The notes below the pieces were generated by a model. That model saw nothing but the letters and a program-made list of their open reading frames with translations, ran no database searches and was not told the origin of the DNA. The translations under genes were made by a program, and so were the position numbers. Of a stretch of 64,000 nt of DNA, positions 1-8,820 are shown piece by piece. Position 1 is the first letter of the stretch. Each line of letters begins with the position of its first letter. The stretch is from positions 1 through 64,000 of the IMG/VR virus record IMGVR_UViG_2814123203_000002. The stretch is one strand, 5' to 3'. This stretch comes from a virus. Taxonomy: Duplodnaviria; Caudoviricetes.

Positions 1-663
1 TCATTGATGCGATATAAGAGGTATAATATTTGTTGTCCCTTCCTCTTCCCTAATTAAGTGTAGAAATTGATCGGCATACTCTAATATAGTTTTACTATGG
101 GTAGCAATTAAACATAGCTTGTTTTCAGATTTTACCCACTTTTTGAGATAAGCCAAAATAGAAGCTAATGAGTCCACATCTATATTCTCCAGCCCCTCAT
201 CAAATATGATAATGTCCCTGTTTGTCATCATATAGACAATAAATACAACTTTTTGCCGGGTCCCTTTGGAAAGGTTTTTAATATATTCCTTCAATACTTT
301 TTCTTTTTGAATGTTGGCAACTTGAACAAGCAAATCAAATTTTTCTTGATCAAACTCCTCCCCGTAAAGCAATAAAAAATATTGGGTCACTTCCAAAGTG
401 GTTAAATATTCAAGCCCTGTGAAGTCATCCGTTTGGAAAAAAATGAAAGGATTATAACCGGGAACTAACGATTTGTTGTGATAATGTATCTGTAATGTGG
501 ATGCAATGTTTCCAGCCAGTAAATTTACAAAGGTAGATTTCCCAATTCCATTTTCACCTATAATACCTACGATATTCCCTTTCGCAACAGAAACCTCTTG
601 CTTGACAAAAATAGGCTGCTTCCCGAAAGCAAAATGATCCAGATATAAATTTAAACTATTCAT
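1..663 (-). CDS. ABC transporter ATP-binding protein of the circular bacteriocin cluster
   Basis: Walker A GENGIGKST, signature LSKGTRQK, Walker B IIIFDE, H-loop ATH; last visible gene of the operon. Confidence 0.92.
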   Translation of the reverse strand: MNSLNLYLDHFAFGKQPIFVKQEVSVAKGNIVGIIGENGIGKSTFVNLLAGNIASTLQIHYHNKSLVPGYNPFIFFQTDDFTGLEYLTTLEVTQYFLLLYGEEFDQEKFDLLVQVANIQKEKVLKEYIKNLSKGTRQKVVFIVYMMTNRDIIIFDEGLENIDVDSLASILAYLKKWVKSENKLCLIATHSKTILEYADQFLHLIREEEGTTNIIPLISHQ

Positions 664-836
664 ACATCAATCCCCATTATCATCAAGAATAAACTAGCCA
701 GAGAGCCCACCAGTGTTGCCAAGGACAGAAAGAAAATTAAATAATTCATAGATTTTCCTTTTTTCAAATTAACAATTTCCTTTAACAACAAATGAACGGA
801 ATACAGTAGGAGAAAGATTGAAAAATATTTAATCAT
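660..836 (-). CDS. 58-aa hydrophobic two-helix peptide, probable bacteriocin immunity protein (absent from ORF track)
   Basis: Hand translation MIKYFSIFLLLYSVHLLLKEIVNLKKGKSMNYLIFFLSLATLVGSLASLFLMIMGIDV; ATG abuts the upstream stop and its TGA overlaps the ATG of the ABC gene. Confidence 0.75.
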   Translation of the reverse strand: MIKYFSIFLLLYSVHLLLKEIVNLKKGKSMNYLIFFLSLATLVGSLASLFLMIMGIDV

Positions 837-2234
837 TCACAAAAGCCTCCTTTTTATTGATTTTCGAACGACTCCCATATGTGTAAGAGTCTTTATAACG
901 GATATTGCCCCACTAATAACAACAAGAGTACCTAGTAGATAAACATTAAATTCAACAAGAAGTAACTTTCTTAGAACTTCTGCTTGATGATCAAAATAGA
1001 TAATGACAAGTAAATGAACTGAAAAAAATAATATAAACAAAAAGAAAGCTTCTATAAAACTCAAATATTTTTTTAAATCTTCCGGATACTGTGCAATCTC
1101 AGCTTTGTTCTTATCGACAAAAATATTAGCGGATACAAAAAGCGGTAACATGAACAGGTGAATGAAAAACATCAAACCAATCTTTGCAAGGTCTCCATTC
1201 ATTTTTAGGAGCAAGTTCAAATAGCATAAGCCCCAAAAAATGTTAAACACATTGAAAACAAGTAAAACCGTAATTTTTCTAAAATAACTGAAAACAGGAT
1301 TAGTCGCATACAATTCGATTTTGGTTGCCGAAAAATAGAAGCAATCATCTAAAAGAAGGACAGAGGTTTTGGTATAAATAAAGTAAATGCCAACATATAA
1401 AACCAAAGATAATGAAACCAGCATATCTTTACTGATAGAAAATTGGGCAAAAAATGATGGAAACATGTCTAGAACCCAGAACAGGAAAACATACAAAAGG
1501 ATGTGAGGTGGAAAAAGAAAGCGAATGAAAGTTATTTTGTTTTCAACCAATCTTCTGCTAAGACGTTGAATATCTACATATAAAAGAAACAACTTTTTTC
1601 TTTTTCCCTTTATATTTATATTTCTTTTTTTACTTTTATGCATATAGAAATAAAGGGCAAGACAAGTAGCACAGTATCCAGCAAGAATGAAAAAAACAAC
1701 TAGATATGTATTTTGAAAATAAAAAACAGGAGTTATAAACAGTGTCAAGTATAAAAGTAATAGAAAAGCTTTTAAGATAGCTTTGGCGTAAATGCTTTTC
1801 AAGGTTTGGATGAAAAAAAGAAGTAGTAGAATAAAAAAGACTTTTATATCTAGCAATATGACCAAGCTGATTAAAATCATAGTTACTCCATTCAATTCAA
1901 ATAATGCATCTTTAATGAATACTTTATGCATCCACGTTCTAATGGGTAAGATTTTAAATTCTTTCACTTTATAAAGATAGGAGCTGAATAAAATGAGAAG
2001 AAGGACATATTTCAAGTAAAGTGGGTATAAAAAAATGGTTAGGGGAAACACACATTTCAAAAAAACTTCTGTAAAAGTTAAACATGTGCTTAATATTCTG
2101 CAAATGTTGGTATGTAAATAAGTAAACTCGTCATTGAAAAATCTCATTTTTTTTGAAAACTGAAATCGATAATGCTTTTTTATAAAAAGAATCAGGTATT
2201 GCAAAATAACAAAAAAGCTATTTTTGAACATCAT
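837..2234 (-). CDS. Large polytopic membrane protein (circular bacteriocin maturation/export)
   Basis: Many hydrophobic segments with basic loops; start moved to ATG 2234, which follows GGAGG. Confidence 0.75.
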   Translation of the reverse strand: MMFKNSFFVILQYLILFIKKHYRFQFSKKMRFFNDEFTYLHTNICRILSTCLTFTEVFLKCVFPLTIFLYPLYLKYVLLLILFSSYLYKVKEFKILPIRTWMHKVFIKDALFELNGVTMILISLVILLDIKVFFILLLLFFIQTLKSIYAKAILKAFLLLLYLTLFITPVFYFQNTYLVVFFILAGYCATCLALYFYMHKSKKRNINIKGKRKKLFLLYVDIQRLSRRLVENKITFIRFLFPPHILLYVFLFWVLDMFPSFFAQFSISKDMLVSLSLVLYVGIYFIYTKTSVLLLDDCFYFSATKIELYATNPVFSYFRKITVLLVFNVFNIFWGLCYLNLLLKMNGDLAKIGLMFFIHLFMLPLFVSANIFVDKNKAEIAQYPEDLKKYLSFIEAFFLFILFFSVHLLVIIYFDHQAEVLRKLLLVEFNVYLLGTLVVISGAISVIKTLTHMGVVRKSIKRRLL

Positions 2235-2286
2235 ACGACCTCCAAAACTTGTGAATCTATATGCATTGAAACTGGTGGAAATTGGG

Positions 2287-2331
2287 ATAAAACAAGGGAT
2301 TATCATGAAAATTGACATTCCCTTGTTTTAT
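2287..2331 (-). terminator. Stem-loop after the bacteriocin precursor gene
   Basis: ATAAAACAAGGGA...TCCCTTGTTTTAT inverted repeat directly after the stop codon. Confidence 0.6.
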
Positions 2332-2337
2332 GATAAA

Positions 2338-2532
2338 TTACCACTTAATAATCGTATCTTTGCCAGCCCATTTTATCATCCACTTGATTCCATTAGATAA
2401 AACGAATGCCGCAGTACCTACAAACCCAGTATAAAGAGATACGGCCGCAGCAATAGACATACCGTTATAAATTGCATTTACTATTGCGCCTGCATCTCCT
2501 ACAGCGAGTCCACTAGCTACTAATTCAAACAT
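2338..2532 (-). CDS. Circular (head-to-tail) bacteriocin precursor, carnocyclin A/garvicin ML-like, 64 aa
   Basis: MFE-LVASGLAVGDAGAIVNAI...KWAGKDTIIKW resembles the short-leader LVAxG starts of garvicin ML and carnocyclin A; cationic C-terminus ending in W; GGAGGTG RBS; DUF95 and ABC neighbours. Confidence 0.88.
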   Translation of the reverse strand: MFELVASGLAVGDAGAIVNAIYNGMSIAAAVSLYTGFVGTAAFVLSNGIKWMIKWAGKDTIIKW

Positions 2533-2771
2533 GCTCTCACCTCCTCGTAGATTAATATGATTTATAGACAAGGAATAAATCCTCGGCTACCATACAAACA
2601 TGTTTTTCGGGAAGATGCATCACCCCTTAGCAAGATCGTCACCATTGCATTGAGAGACCATCCCTTGAAAAGTTTCTTCTACAAGTGTGACGATCATAAA
2701 GGGTGCAGTACTAAAACACTGATTCTACGAAACTATCGTACAGTAGAACAGCTCGTATTGTAAGATGCCTT

Positions 2772-3272
2772 TCAAATAAATAATATTAATAGACACCCAG
2801 TAATTACTTGAAACATTATTTCTTTTTTTGGTCGTTCTGAAATATTGTTTTGTTTATTAGTAAAAAAATAAATAACGTATAGGATAATTGCACATGAACT
2901 TGTTAATATAAAATTCCATGATGTTGTTGAAAATAAAGTCACAATTGCTATTGTTGAGAAAATAAGTTTTGACCCAACAGAAACAAAATATATTTCATTT
3001 ATTAATTTTTTATCTTCCTTTTTAAATACAATTTTAGACATTAGTATCAATAATAGTCTCGCTAAAATTAGAAATATTGAAAGGAGTAATACTGTAAATA
3101 TTGAACTTACCACAGCTAGAACAGTCACTTGATTATGAGTCAAACTGATACCTTTATTAATTGCCTCATTAAAAATTTCTGATTTTCTTACTGTAGAGTT
3201 CATAACTATGGAAGCTAAAATGTATAAAAAAAGAATGAAGAAGAACGCTAACTTATGCTTTTTCATTTTCAT
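2772..3272 (-). CDS. Yip1-like membrane protein of the bacteriocin cluster
   Basis: About five TM segments; typical position in circular bacteriocin loci. Confidence 0.6.
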   Translation of the reverse strand: MKMKKHKLAFFFILFLYILASIVMNSTVRKSEIFNEAINKGISLTHNQVTVLAVVSSIFTVLLLSIFLILARLLLILMSKIVFKKEDKKLINEIYFVSVGSKLIFSTIAIVTLFSTTSWNFILTSSCAIILYVIYFFTNKQNNISERPKKEIMFQVITGCLLILFI

Positions 3273-3281
3273 TAACTCCTC

Positions 3282-3806
3282 TCAAAAATAGCAAATTTTC
3301 AAAGCTTCAATTAAAGAAGCAAAAATCAAAAACACATTAGAAACAAGATAGGTTTTTAAAATCTTTTTTTTGTTTTTTAGAATGGATTCATTTTTAAATA
3401 CTATTTTTAATATTTTAGTCGAAATAACAAATGCTATTGAGAGTAATAATATAGTGGAAAGTGTTTCTGGAATGAAATGTGGATATGTACTTATTGCGGT
3501 AATAAGTCCTTTTTCCTTTAAAATAACCGCAAAGCTTTCTCCAAAAACAAAATATGTGGCTATTACAGGAATTGCAGATACAACATAGAAGAAGATAGAG
3601 CAAAATATAATAATCAAACCAATGAAAAAATTGTGAAAAAAAATTTTGAAAAATGTTTCAATGAAATTTAATCCATCAAAACTTTTAATTTTGATTTGAC
3701 TTATATCTTCAAGAAAATATCCGTAAAAAAACCCTACTGAAATACTTAGACCAATTAAGAAGATGGCTACTTTATGTTCAACAGAAATATAAGCTTTCAT
3801 ATTCAC
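3282..3806 (-). CDS. SpoIIM/DUF95 family membrane protein
   Basis: IFFHN and PHFIPE motifs and C-terminal ASLIE are characteristic of DUF95, a hallmark of circular bacteriocin clusters. Confidence 0.85.
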   Translation of the reverse strand: MNMKAYISVEHKVAIFLIGLSISVGFFYGYFLEDISQIKIKSFDGLNFIETFFKIFFHNFFIGLIIIFCSIFFYVVSAIPVIATYFVFGESFAVILKEKGLITAISTYPHFIPETLSTILLLSIAFVISTKILKIVFKNESILKNKKKILKTYLVSNVFLIFASLIEALKICYF

Positions 3807-4069
3807 CTCACCAAGAATCTTTTTTTCATGGTTGCTTCTATGTAAGTAGGATGAAATCTTTAATCACACATACCAAATCGTTGAACTTATTCGCGGTTAG
3901 AGACAAAAATTTGGAATATTCATATGACACATATATGGATTTATACCATATATATACATTTGTAGTCAACACTTTACATGAAAATACACTTTTCCTAAGC
4001 TTCCCTGTTGGATAGTATCTGCTTGTGATGTGATATTTGAGCAAATTCCAACAGGTTAGCTTAACCATT

Positions 4070-4282
4070 TTAAGATGTGTAAAATATTCCAAAATATGGT
4101 CTTAGAGGAAGTAGTTTATGATACTCTAAAAGGTAAGTGTCTAATTCTTGACTTAATGTAACAACAGTTCTGTCTGTGAAGGGTTTTTTCTCGTTTACTG
4201 CTTGTACTAGTTGCTGCCGAACAGATTCAATTTTTTCAATTAAGCAGGTATGTTTATCACTAAAAAGAGCTGTAATGATCAA
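4070..4282 (-). CDS. Spo0E-like aspartyl-phosphate phosphatase family protein
   Basis: IESVRQQL...VVTLSQELD with the SQELD signature; TTG start after GAAAGGGG. Confidence 0.8.
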   Translation of the reverse strand: MIITALFSDKHTCLIEKIESVRQQLVQAVNEKKPFTDRTVVTLSQELDTYLLEYHKLLPLRPYFGIFYTS

Positions 4283-4422
4283 AACACCCCTTTCATGATT
4301 TTTACAGTTACGATGGTTGGTACCACCATCTATAAACTGCTTCTGATACAATCATAACAGAGGTTGTTCAGAATCATATCATATTGTTTTTTTGTGCAAC
4401 CCTTATCTCTATATACAAGCGA

Positions 4423-4442
4423 AATGACGCCAAATGGCGTCA
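4423..4442 (-). terminator. Short hairpin downstream of the peptide gene
   Basis: TGACGCCA-AA-TGGCGTCA palindrome. Confidence 0.4.
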
Positions 4443-4482
4443 AGTGATTTTTGAATCTTTATCATGAATGGAGCTCTTCGGC

Positions 4483-4593
4483 TTATTGCAGAAATGTTTT
4501 TACTTCCCATGGAACATTATCAAAAAGTTTTAAAGCAACAAGCAATGTTAAAAGTAGAGTTGCCTTTAATTTGATTTTTTTCATGATTACCAT
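4483..4593 (-). CDS. 36-aa putative secreted signalling pro-peptide (absent from ORF track)
   Basis: MVIMKKIKLKATLLLTLLVALKLFDNVPWEVKTFLQ; basic N-region plus hydrophobic core; RBS AGGGGAG immediately after the receptor stop. Confidence 0.55.
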   Translation of the reverse strand: MVIMKKIKLKATLLLTLLVALKLFDNVPWEVKTFLQ

Positions 4594-4602
4594 CTCCCCT
4601 AT

Positions 4603-5880
4603 TTATTTAGAATTTAAAAAATCCATTAATGAATTAGCTTTTTGGACAATTTCGTGGTTTATCTTATTGTCATTAAACATAGTTTGTGAAATCAACAATA
4701 ATGAAATAGAAGCTTCTTTATAATGACCAATCTTGATGTATTCTGATGCACTCTTTAAATAGCTATCAATTGCTAAGCTTACTTGATTTTTGCTTTTTAG
4801 CAATTTTCCTTTAAGTCGGAAATAGTAAGCGAATTTGGACTTTATATAAGGAGTAGCGTAGTCCTTTTGGGTTGTTTCCGTCATCAGATCTTCGTATTGG
4901 AAAAGCCATCCCACATCTAGATCTTTTTTGTAAAGATACAAGTCTAATAATTCAGTAACAGCACTAGTGAGAGTGTAAGCGCATGGTTGCTGCAAATAGC
5001 TATTTAATTCTGAAATAGCCAAGTCAATATTCCCCGTTTTTCCATTAATAAAAGCAATCATTAATTTAACATTGTTAGGAACAAACGGATATGTAAACTG
5101 ACTGTACTTCTTTAGATACAATTGACACATGTCATATTGTTTTTGGTGATAATAAGCACTACAAACATTGTATATAGCATGTGCTTGGTATTCCCCTTTA
5201 CCGTGTTCTGCTACGTACAAGCCTAGCTCAATCGCACTACAATAATCCATAAGACTATAGGCGTGTACACTGAGTGCATAATTAAGCTTTATTTGGTCGT
5301 TAATATCCAAAAAATTTGAGTAATCCAACACTTTTTTCCCAAACTGATATGTCTGATCTAATTTAGTAAAATCATTTCGTTCGATCATGTACTTTTTGTA
5401 CAGAGCTTTTGCAAATGTAGGCATAATGCCATGATTGCGCGAGTATTCAATGATTAGACCATATAGAGATAGTTTAATATCTGTATTCTCTACGGAATCT
5501 GCTACTTTTTGGAGTTTCCCTACTAAATCTAAAGTATCTTCTTTAGGTGATTCAAGATATTTGGTAGCAATTTTGGTTATTAAAGAAAGTTTACTGAATG
5601 TTTCAATTGCCTTCAGAAGTAAAGAAAAAATGGCATCTGCTTTGTGGCCGATCTCGATATACTTCTCTATGATGTCATCAGAGGGGATTTCCAACACAAT
5701 TCCTATGGATTCGATAATTTTAAAATCAGGACGCTTCACTTCACCCTTTTCAATCCTTGATAAGTTGCCCTTATCAATGCCAACGAGTTCTTGCAGCTTT
5801 GACAAACTGATTTTTTTTCTTTGGCGATAATACTGGATAAGATCACCTAATGTTGTAGGCTTCTCAGTAACGGTGTGCAC
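4603..5880 (-). CDS. XRE-HTH + TPR regulator (RRNPP-type receptor)
   Basis: N-terminal HTH (LSKLQELVGIDKGNLSRIEKG) then helical TPR-like repeats; followed by peptide and Spo0E-like genes. Confidence 0.8.
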   Translation of the reverse strand: MHTVTEKPTTLGDLIQYYRQRKKISLSKLQELVGIDKGNLSRIEKGEVKRPDFKIIESIGIVLEIPSDDIIEKYIEIGHKADAIFSLLLKAIETFSKLSLITKIATKYLESPKEDTLDLVGKLQKVADSVENTDIKLSLYGLIIEYSRNHGIMPTFAKALYKKYMIERNDFTKLDQTYQFGKKVLDYSNFLDINDQIKLNYALSVHAYSLMDYCSAIELGLYVAEHGKGEYQAHAIYNVCSAYYHQKQYDMCQLYLKKYSQFTYPFVPNNVKLMIAFINGKTGNIDLAISELNSYLQQPCAYTLTSAVTELLDLYLYKKDLDVGWLFQYEDLMTETTQKDYATPYIKSKFAYYFRLKGKLLKSKNQVSLAIDSYLKSASEYIKIGHYKEASISLLLISQTMFNDNKINHEIVQKANSLMDFLNSK

Positions 5881-6244
5881 AATTTCACCTGCCTTTTTTT
5901 AAATTTCAATAACTATATATTACCATTTAGATAAAAAAATGTAAACCAAATAGATCAACTTTCACAAGCAAAGAAAAAGCCTAATTCCTGCGACTTAAGA
6001 TTGTAAAGATATTTGAGAATACTGGAAGATTTCATATCAAGGACAAGTAAAATGGTGGATAAAGATAAAGAACAAGGAATAAAGGGGCGATTTATCAATG
6101 AGGATGAAGACAGGAGTAGATGGTTCAATCAAGTAGCATCAAAACAGCGATACTTTTTCTGTCTTGCTGAATTCCTCGTATTTTGCTACAATATGTAAAA
6201 AATAAACATTTATGGTATTATGGGATTAGAAAGGAGTTGAAAAA

Positions 6245-7593
6245 ATGGATAACCGGATTGCTTTGCGAATTGAACTTGAAAAAGCCATAGCAGAAACTGG
6301 ATGTACGTTATCAAGTATTGCAGAATACGGCGGACTATCTATCGGTAACTTAAGTGCCAGCCTGCAACATAAGGAAAAACTTCAACCTATCACCATGAAA
6401 CAATTAGATACGTTAACAGAAGCCTTAGGCTTACCCGAAGGACATTACTATGAATATTACCTTGCTGAGGTTTTTTCTCATAACAACAAAGTTTCCATTC
6501 CCAGAATGAAATCCTTTTTAATTCGCTGTGCCCAACTGGGGAAAACCGACTTGATTATGAATGCGATCCATATCTTGGTGGAACATCCTAAGTACACCGA
6601 ACTGCTTTTTTCTGTAGCAGAGGAATTGTATTTGAATGGTCTTGTTGAAGAGTCGCTTCTTTTTTACGAAGAAATCATTCAGGAAGAAAAGTACAATCAC
6701 TCTGATCGTTTGACCATCAGTCATTATCGAATATTTAGAGCCAGTATTGGGTCAGATGCTGAAGAAAACTACAAAGCAGTGATTCTTTTGAAGACTTCCG
6801 CAAAAACCTCCCTGAAAATTTTCAGTTGGATGCTTTGTTAAAGCTATCCAAAGTTTGCCTCTCCCTTAAAAAATGGAATTTAACTGAGCAATTTGCCGAT
6901 GAATTAAGAATACTTTCTACGATCAGGTACCAAGAAGAACTGCTGCTAATGAAAGAGGGCAAAACAGAACCATTGATAACAGAACGCCCTCTTGTTGTGT
7001 ATTATGGTCAATCCTATCTAATAAAAAGTATTGCCCTATTTAAACAAGGTCATTATGAGAGAGCTAAGCAATATATAGAAGGATACGAAGATCTTAGTTG
7101 GTTTGAGATTTTAGATGAACAAGGTAAGAAAGAAGTAGACAAGTTTCGTTTGTGGGCAAAAGCGAATAAATATAGTGTAGAACTACTTTTAGGAAATGTC
7201 AGCGTGCTTGATGAGTATACAAATTATCTTACCGAACACCCTAACGAAATTTCCCTTGGTCTGCTGGTGATTATACAATCTGCAAATGCATATGGATTTA
7301 GCATAGATCATATCTTAGAACGATTCCCTGAGCCTTCGCAAGAGGATAATAATGTTGTGAAGATTGAACGATATTTTAGATTTCATTACCAGAAATCGAT
7401 TTATATGTTTAATCAGCAACGTTTTGCAGAAGGGCTAGAAAGTATTTTATACTGTCTGTCTTTGGCTATTTCTAACAAGGAATATTTTGAAACTGTATTA
7501 TGTACAGCACAGTTTCAGCATTATCTGAACTATGCTTCGGATTCCCAGAAAGAACAATTCGCGAATATCATGAAAGAGGTGTTGAAAAGGTGA
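6245..7593 (+). pseudogene. HTH-TPR RRNPP-type receptor split by a 1-nt frameshift
   Basis: ORFs 6245..6841 and 6826..7593 join (VILFEDFRKNLPENFQLDALL) if one T is added to the T-run at 6786-6789; real mutation or sequencing error. Confidence 0.75.
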
Positions 7594-7727
7594 AAATTAA
7601 GAATTGGATTCTATGTATTGCAATAGCGATTACGTTGATGAGTGGATCTGCTTTTAGTGCAACGACCCAAAAAGCAGAAACGAAAAATCCTGTTATGGTT
7701 TTTATTGAACATGGAGCTGATGATTAA
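7590..7727 (+). CDS. 45-aa quorum-sensing pro-peptide
   Basis: MKIKNWILCIAIAITLMSGSAFSA signal peptide plus C-terminal ...VFIEHGADD; GTG overlaps the receptor stop. Confidence 0.75.
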   Translation: MKIKNWILCIAIAITLMSGSAFSATTQKAETKNPVMVFIEHGADD

Positions 7728-7769
7728 AAAATGTCCAGAACATGAGATTCAACTTTGTTCCATGAAGCT

Positions 7770-7810
7770 AAAAGACTGCTTTCCTTATCATCAAGGGGAG
7801 CAGTCTTTTT
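7770..7810 (+). terminator. Rho-independent terminator
   Basis: AAAAGACTGCTTTCCTT...AAGGGGAGCAGTCTTTTT. Confidence 0.8.
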
Positions 7811-7914
7811 AACGATTTGGATGAAACGCGTGTTTGTTCTAGTAGTCGCAAAAGATTGTCGAGAGTTATTACTTTAATTTTGAGAATGCGCTAGGCTTGC
7901 GGGTTATTTTTTTA

Positions 7915-7944
7915 TTTACACATTTCCATATCCTGTGTTATTAT
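7915..7944 (+). promoter_or_regulatory. SigA-type promoter for repeat-mimic RNA 1
   Basis: TTTACA-N18-TATTAT with TGn extension; ACACA...TGTGT arms in the spacer. Confidence 0.55.
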
Positions 7945-7953
7945 GGAGACACC

Positions 7954-8020
7954 AACGCAGGGCGTATTGAAATTTATTCATTTGCTTAAACTTTGACCGT
8001 AACGCATGGCGTTTTGAAAT
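7954..8020 (+). CRISPR. Mini array: two degenerate CRISPR-like repeats with a 17-nt spacer
   Basis: AACGCAGGGCGTATTGAAAT (7954-7973) and CTTTGACCGTAACGCATGGCGTTTTGAAAT (7991-8020); ACGC/GCGT stem and (A/T)TTGAAAT 3' end as in class 1 Cas6-processed repeats. Confidence 0.6.
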
Positions 8021-8038
8021 ATGCGTCTTGTGCTTTGT

Positions 8039-8066
8039 AAAAACCCTACCTTATGGTAGGTTTTTT
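8039..8066 (+). terminator. Terminator of repeat-mimic RNA 1
   Basis: CCTACC-TTAT-GGTAGG followed by a T-tract. Confidence 0.75.
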
Positions 8067-8097
8067 CCTTTTTACATCATATTGACTTTCAAAACTC

Positions 8098-8127
8098 TTG
8101 TACCACATCCAAAAGATGTGCTATAAT
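8098..8127 (+). promoter_or_regulatory. SigA-type promoter for repeat-mimic RNA 2
   Basis: TTGTAC-N18-TATAAT with TGc extension; CACATC-N5-GATGTG palindrome in the spacer. Confidence 0.7.
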
Positions 8128-8133
8128 TCAATT

Positions 8134-8167
8134 GTCGCACCCCACTTGGTGGTGCGTGGTTTGAAAT
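8134..8167 (+). CRISPR. Solitary type I-C-like CRISPR repeat
   Basis: GTCGCACCCCACTTGGTGGTGCGTGGTTTGAAAT matches the I-C pattern GTCGCAC...GGTGCGTGGATTGAAAT; starts at the predicted +1. Confidence 0.8.
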
Positions 8168-8181
8168 AAATTTACTTTTAT

Positions 8182-8219
8182 GAGGAAACCTATCTTTATA
8201 AAGATAGGTTTCCTCTTTT
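8182..8219 (+). terminator. Terminator of repeat-mimic RNA 2
   Basis: Perfect 16-bp stem GAGGAAACCTATCTTT/AAAGATAGGTTTCCTC followed by TTTT. Confidence 0.8.
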
Positions 8220-8224
8220 AAAGA

Positions 8225-8513
8225 ACCCCACCTAAATGGTAGGGTTTTTGCTTACCATAGATGGTTTATATCGTAGGTCTGAGACTCCTCGCCGTCCCAT
8301 TCACTTATGTATTCCTCTATTGTATTGCGCACGTGTTCCCCTGCTTTTCGATACGACATCCCAATATGATCAGCTTCTCCATACACATGGCTCTTGAGGC
8401 AGCCCATATCAAAAAATATGTGCGGCTTGTCAAGTACCACTAAACAGCAAGCCTTGATGATTAGTGTGGGTAAATGCGTACCCTTCTTGATTTACATAAA
8501 GAATAGTCCCCCA
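8225..8513. repeat. Segment with a diverged, internally deleted copy at 63358-63509
   Basis: Shared hairpin, TTGCTTACCATAGATGGTTT, AAAAAATATGTGCG, CCTTGATGATTAGTGTGGGTA and TACATAAAGAATAGT blocks in the same order. Confidence 0.85.
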
Positions 8514-8550
8514 GTCGAACGACTGAGTAAATGCTTTCTTTAGTTCATCC

Positions 8551-8820
8551 TTATACTTTACTTTCCTCCTTAAGATTCAAATATCTTTTATGGTAGTATT
8601 GCTGACATTCTGAGCAATACTCAGGGTTTTCTTTGTTCCCGTGTGGGGATGATGGAAAGTCCATCTGTCCGCCGCATTGAGGACATAACCCTTTCTCTGT
8701 ACGTTCTTCTCTAATTCTCCTTTGCCTGGTTCTCTCAAAGCACTTTCGAGAGCAGTCTACTGCCCGAGGATGTTTGGAAACAAAAGATTTTTGACAATCG
8801 GGAGCTATACACTTTTTCAT
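8551..8820 (-). CDS. Small double zinc-finger-like protein
   Basis: Four Cys pairs: CIAPDC, CSRKC, CPQC, CSEC. Confidence 0.65.
   Translation of the reverse strand: MKKCIAPDCQKSFVSKHPRAVDCSRKCFERTRQRRIREERTEKGLCPQCGGQMDFPSSPHGNKENPEYCSECQQYYHKRYLNLKEESKV

Noticed and set aside
4603-7727. Arbitrium aimR-aimP locus
   Set aside because: N-terminal XRE HTH, Spo0E-like neighbour and position far from the repressor region fit Alo-type modules better
8252-8440. IS200 transposase fragment or intact gene
   Set aside because: No HUH motif or clear RBS; looks like a decayed unknown gene
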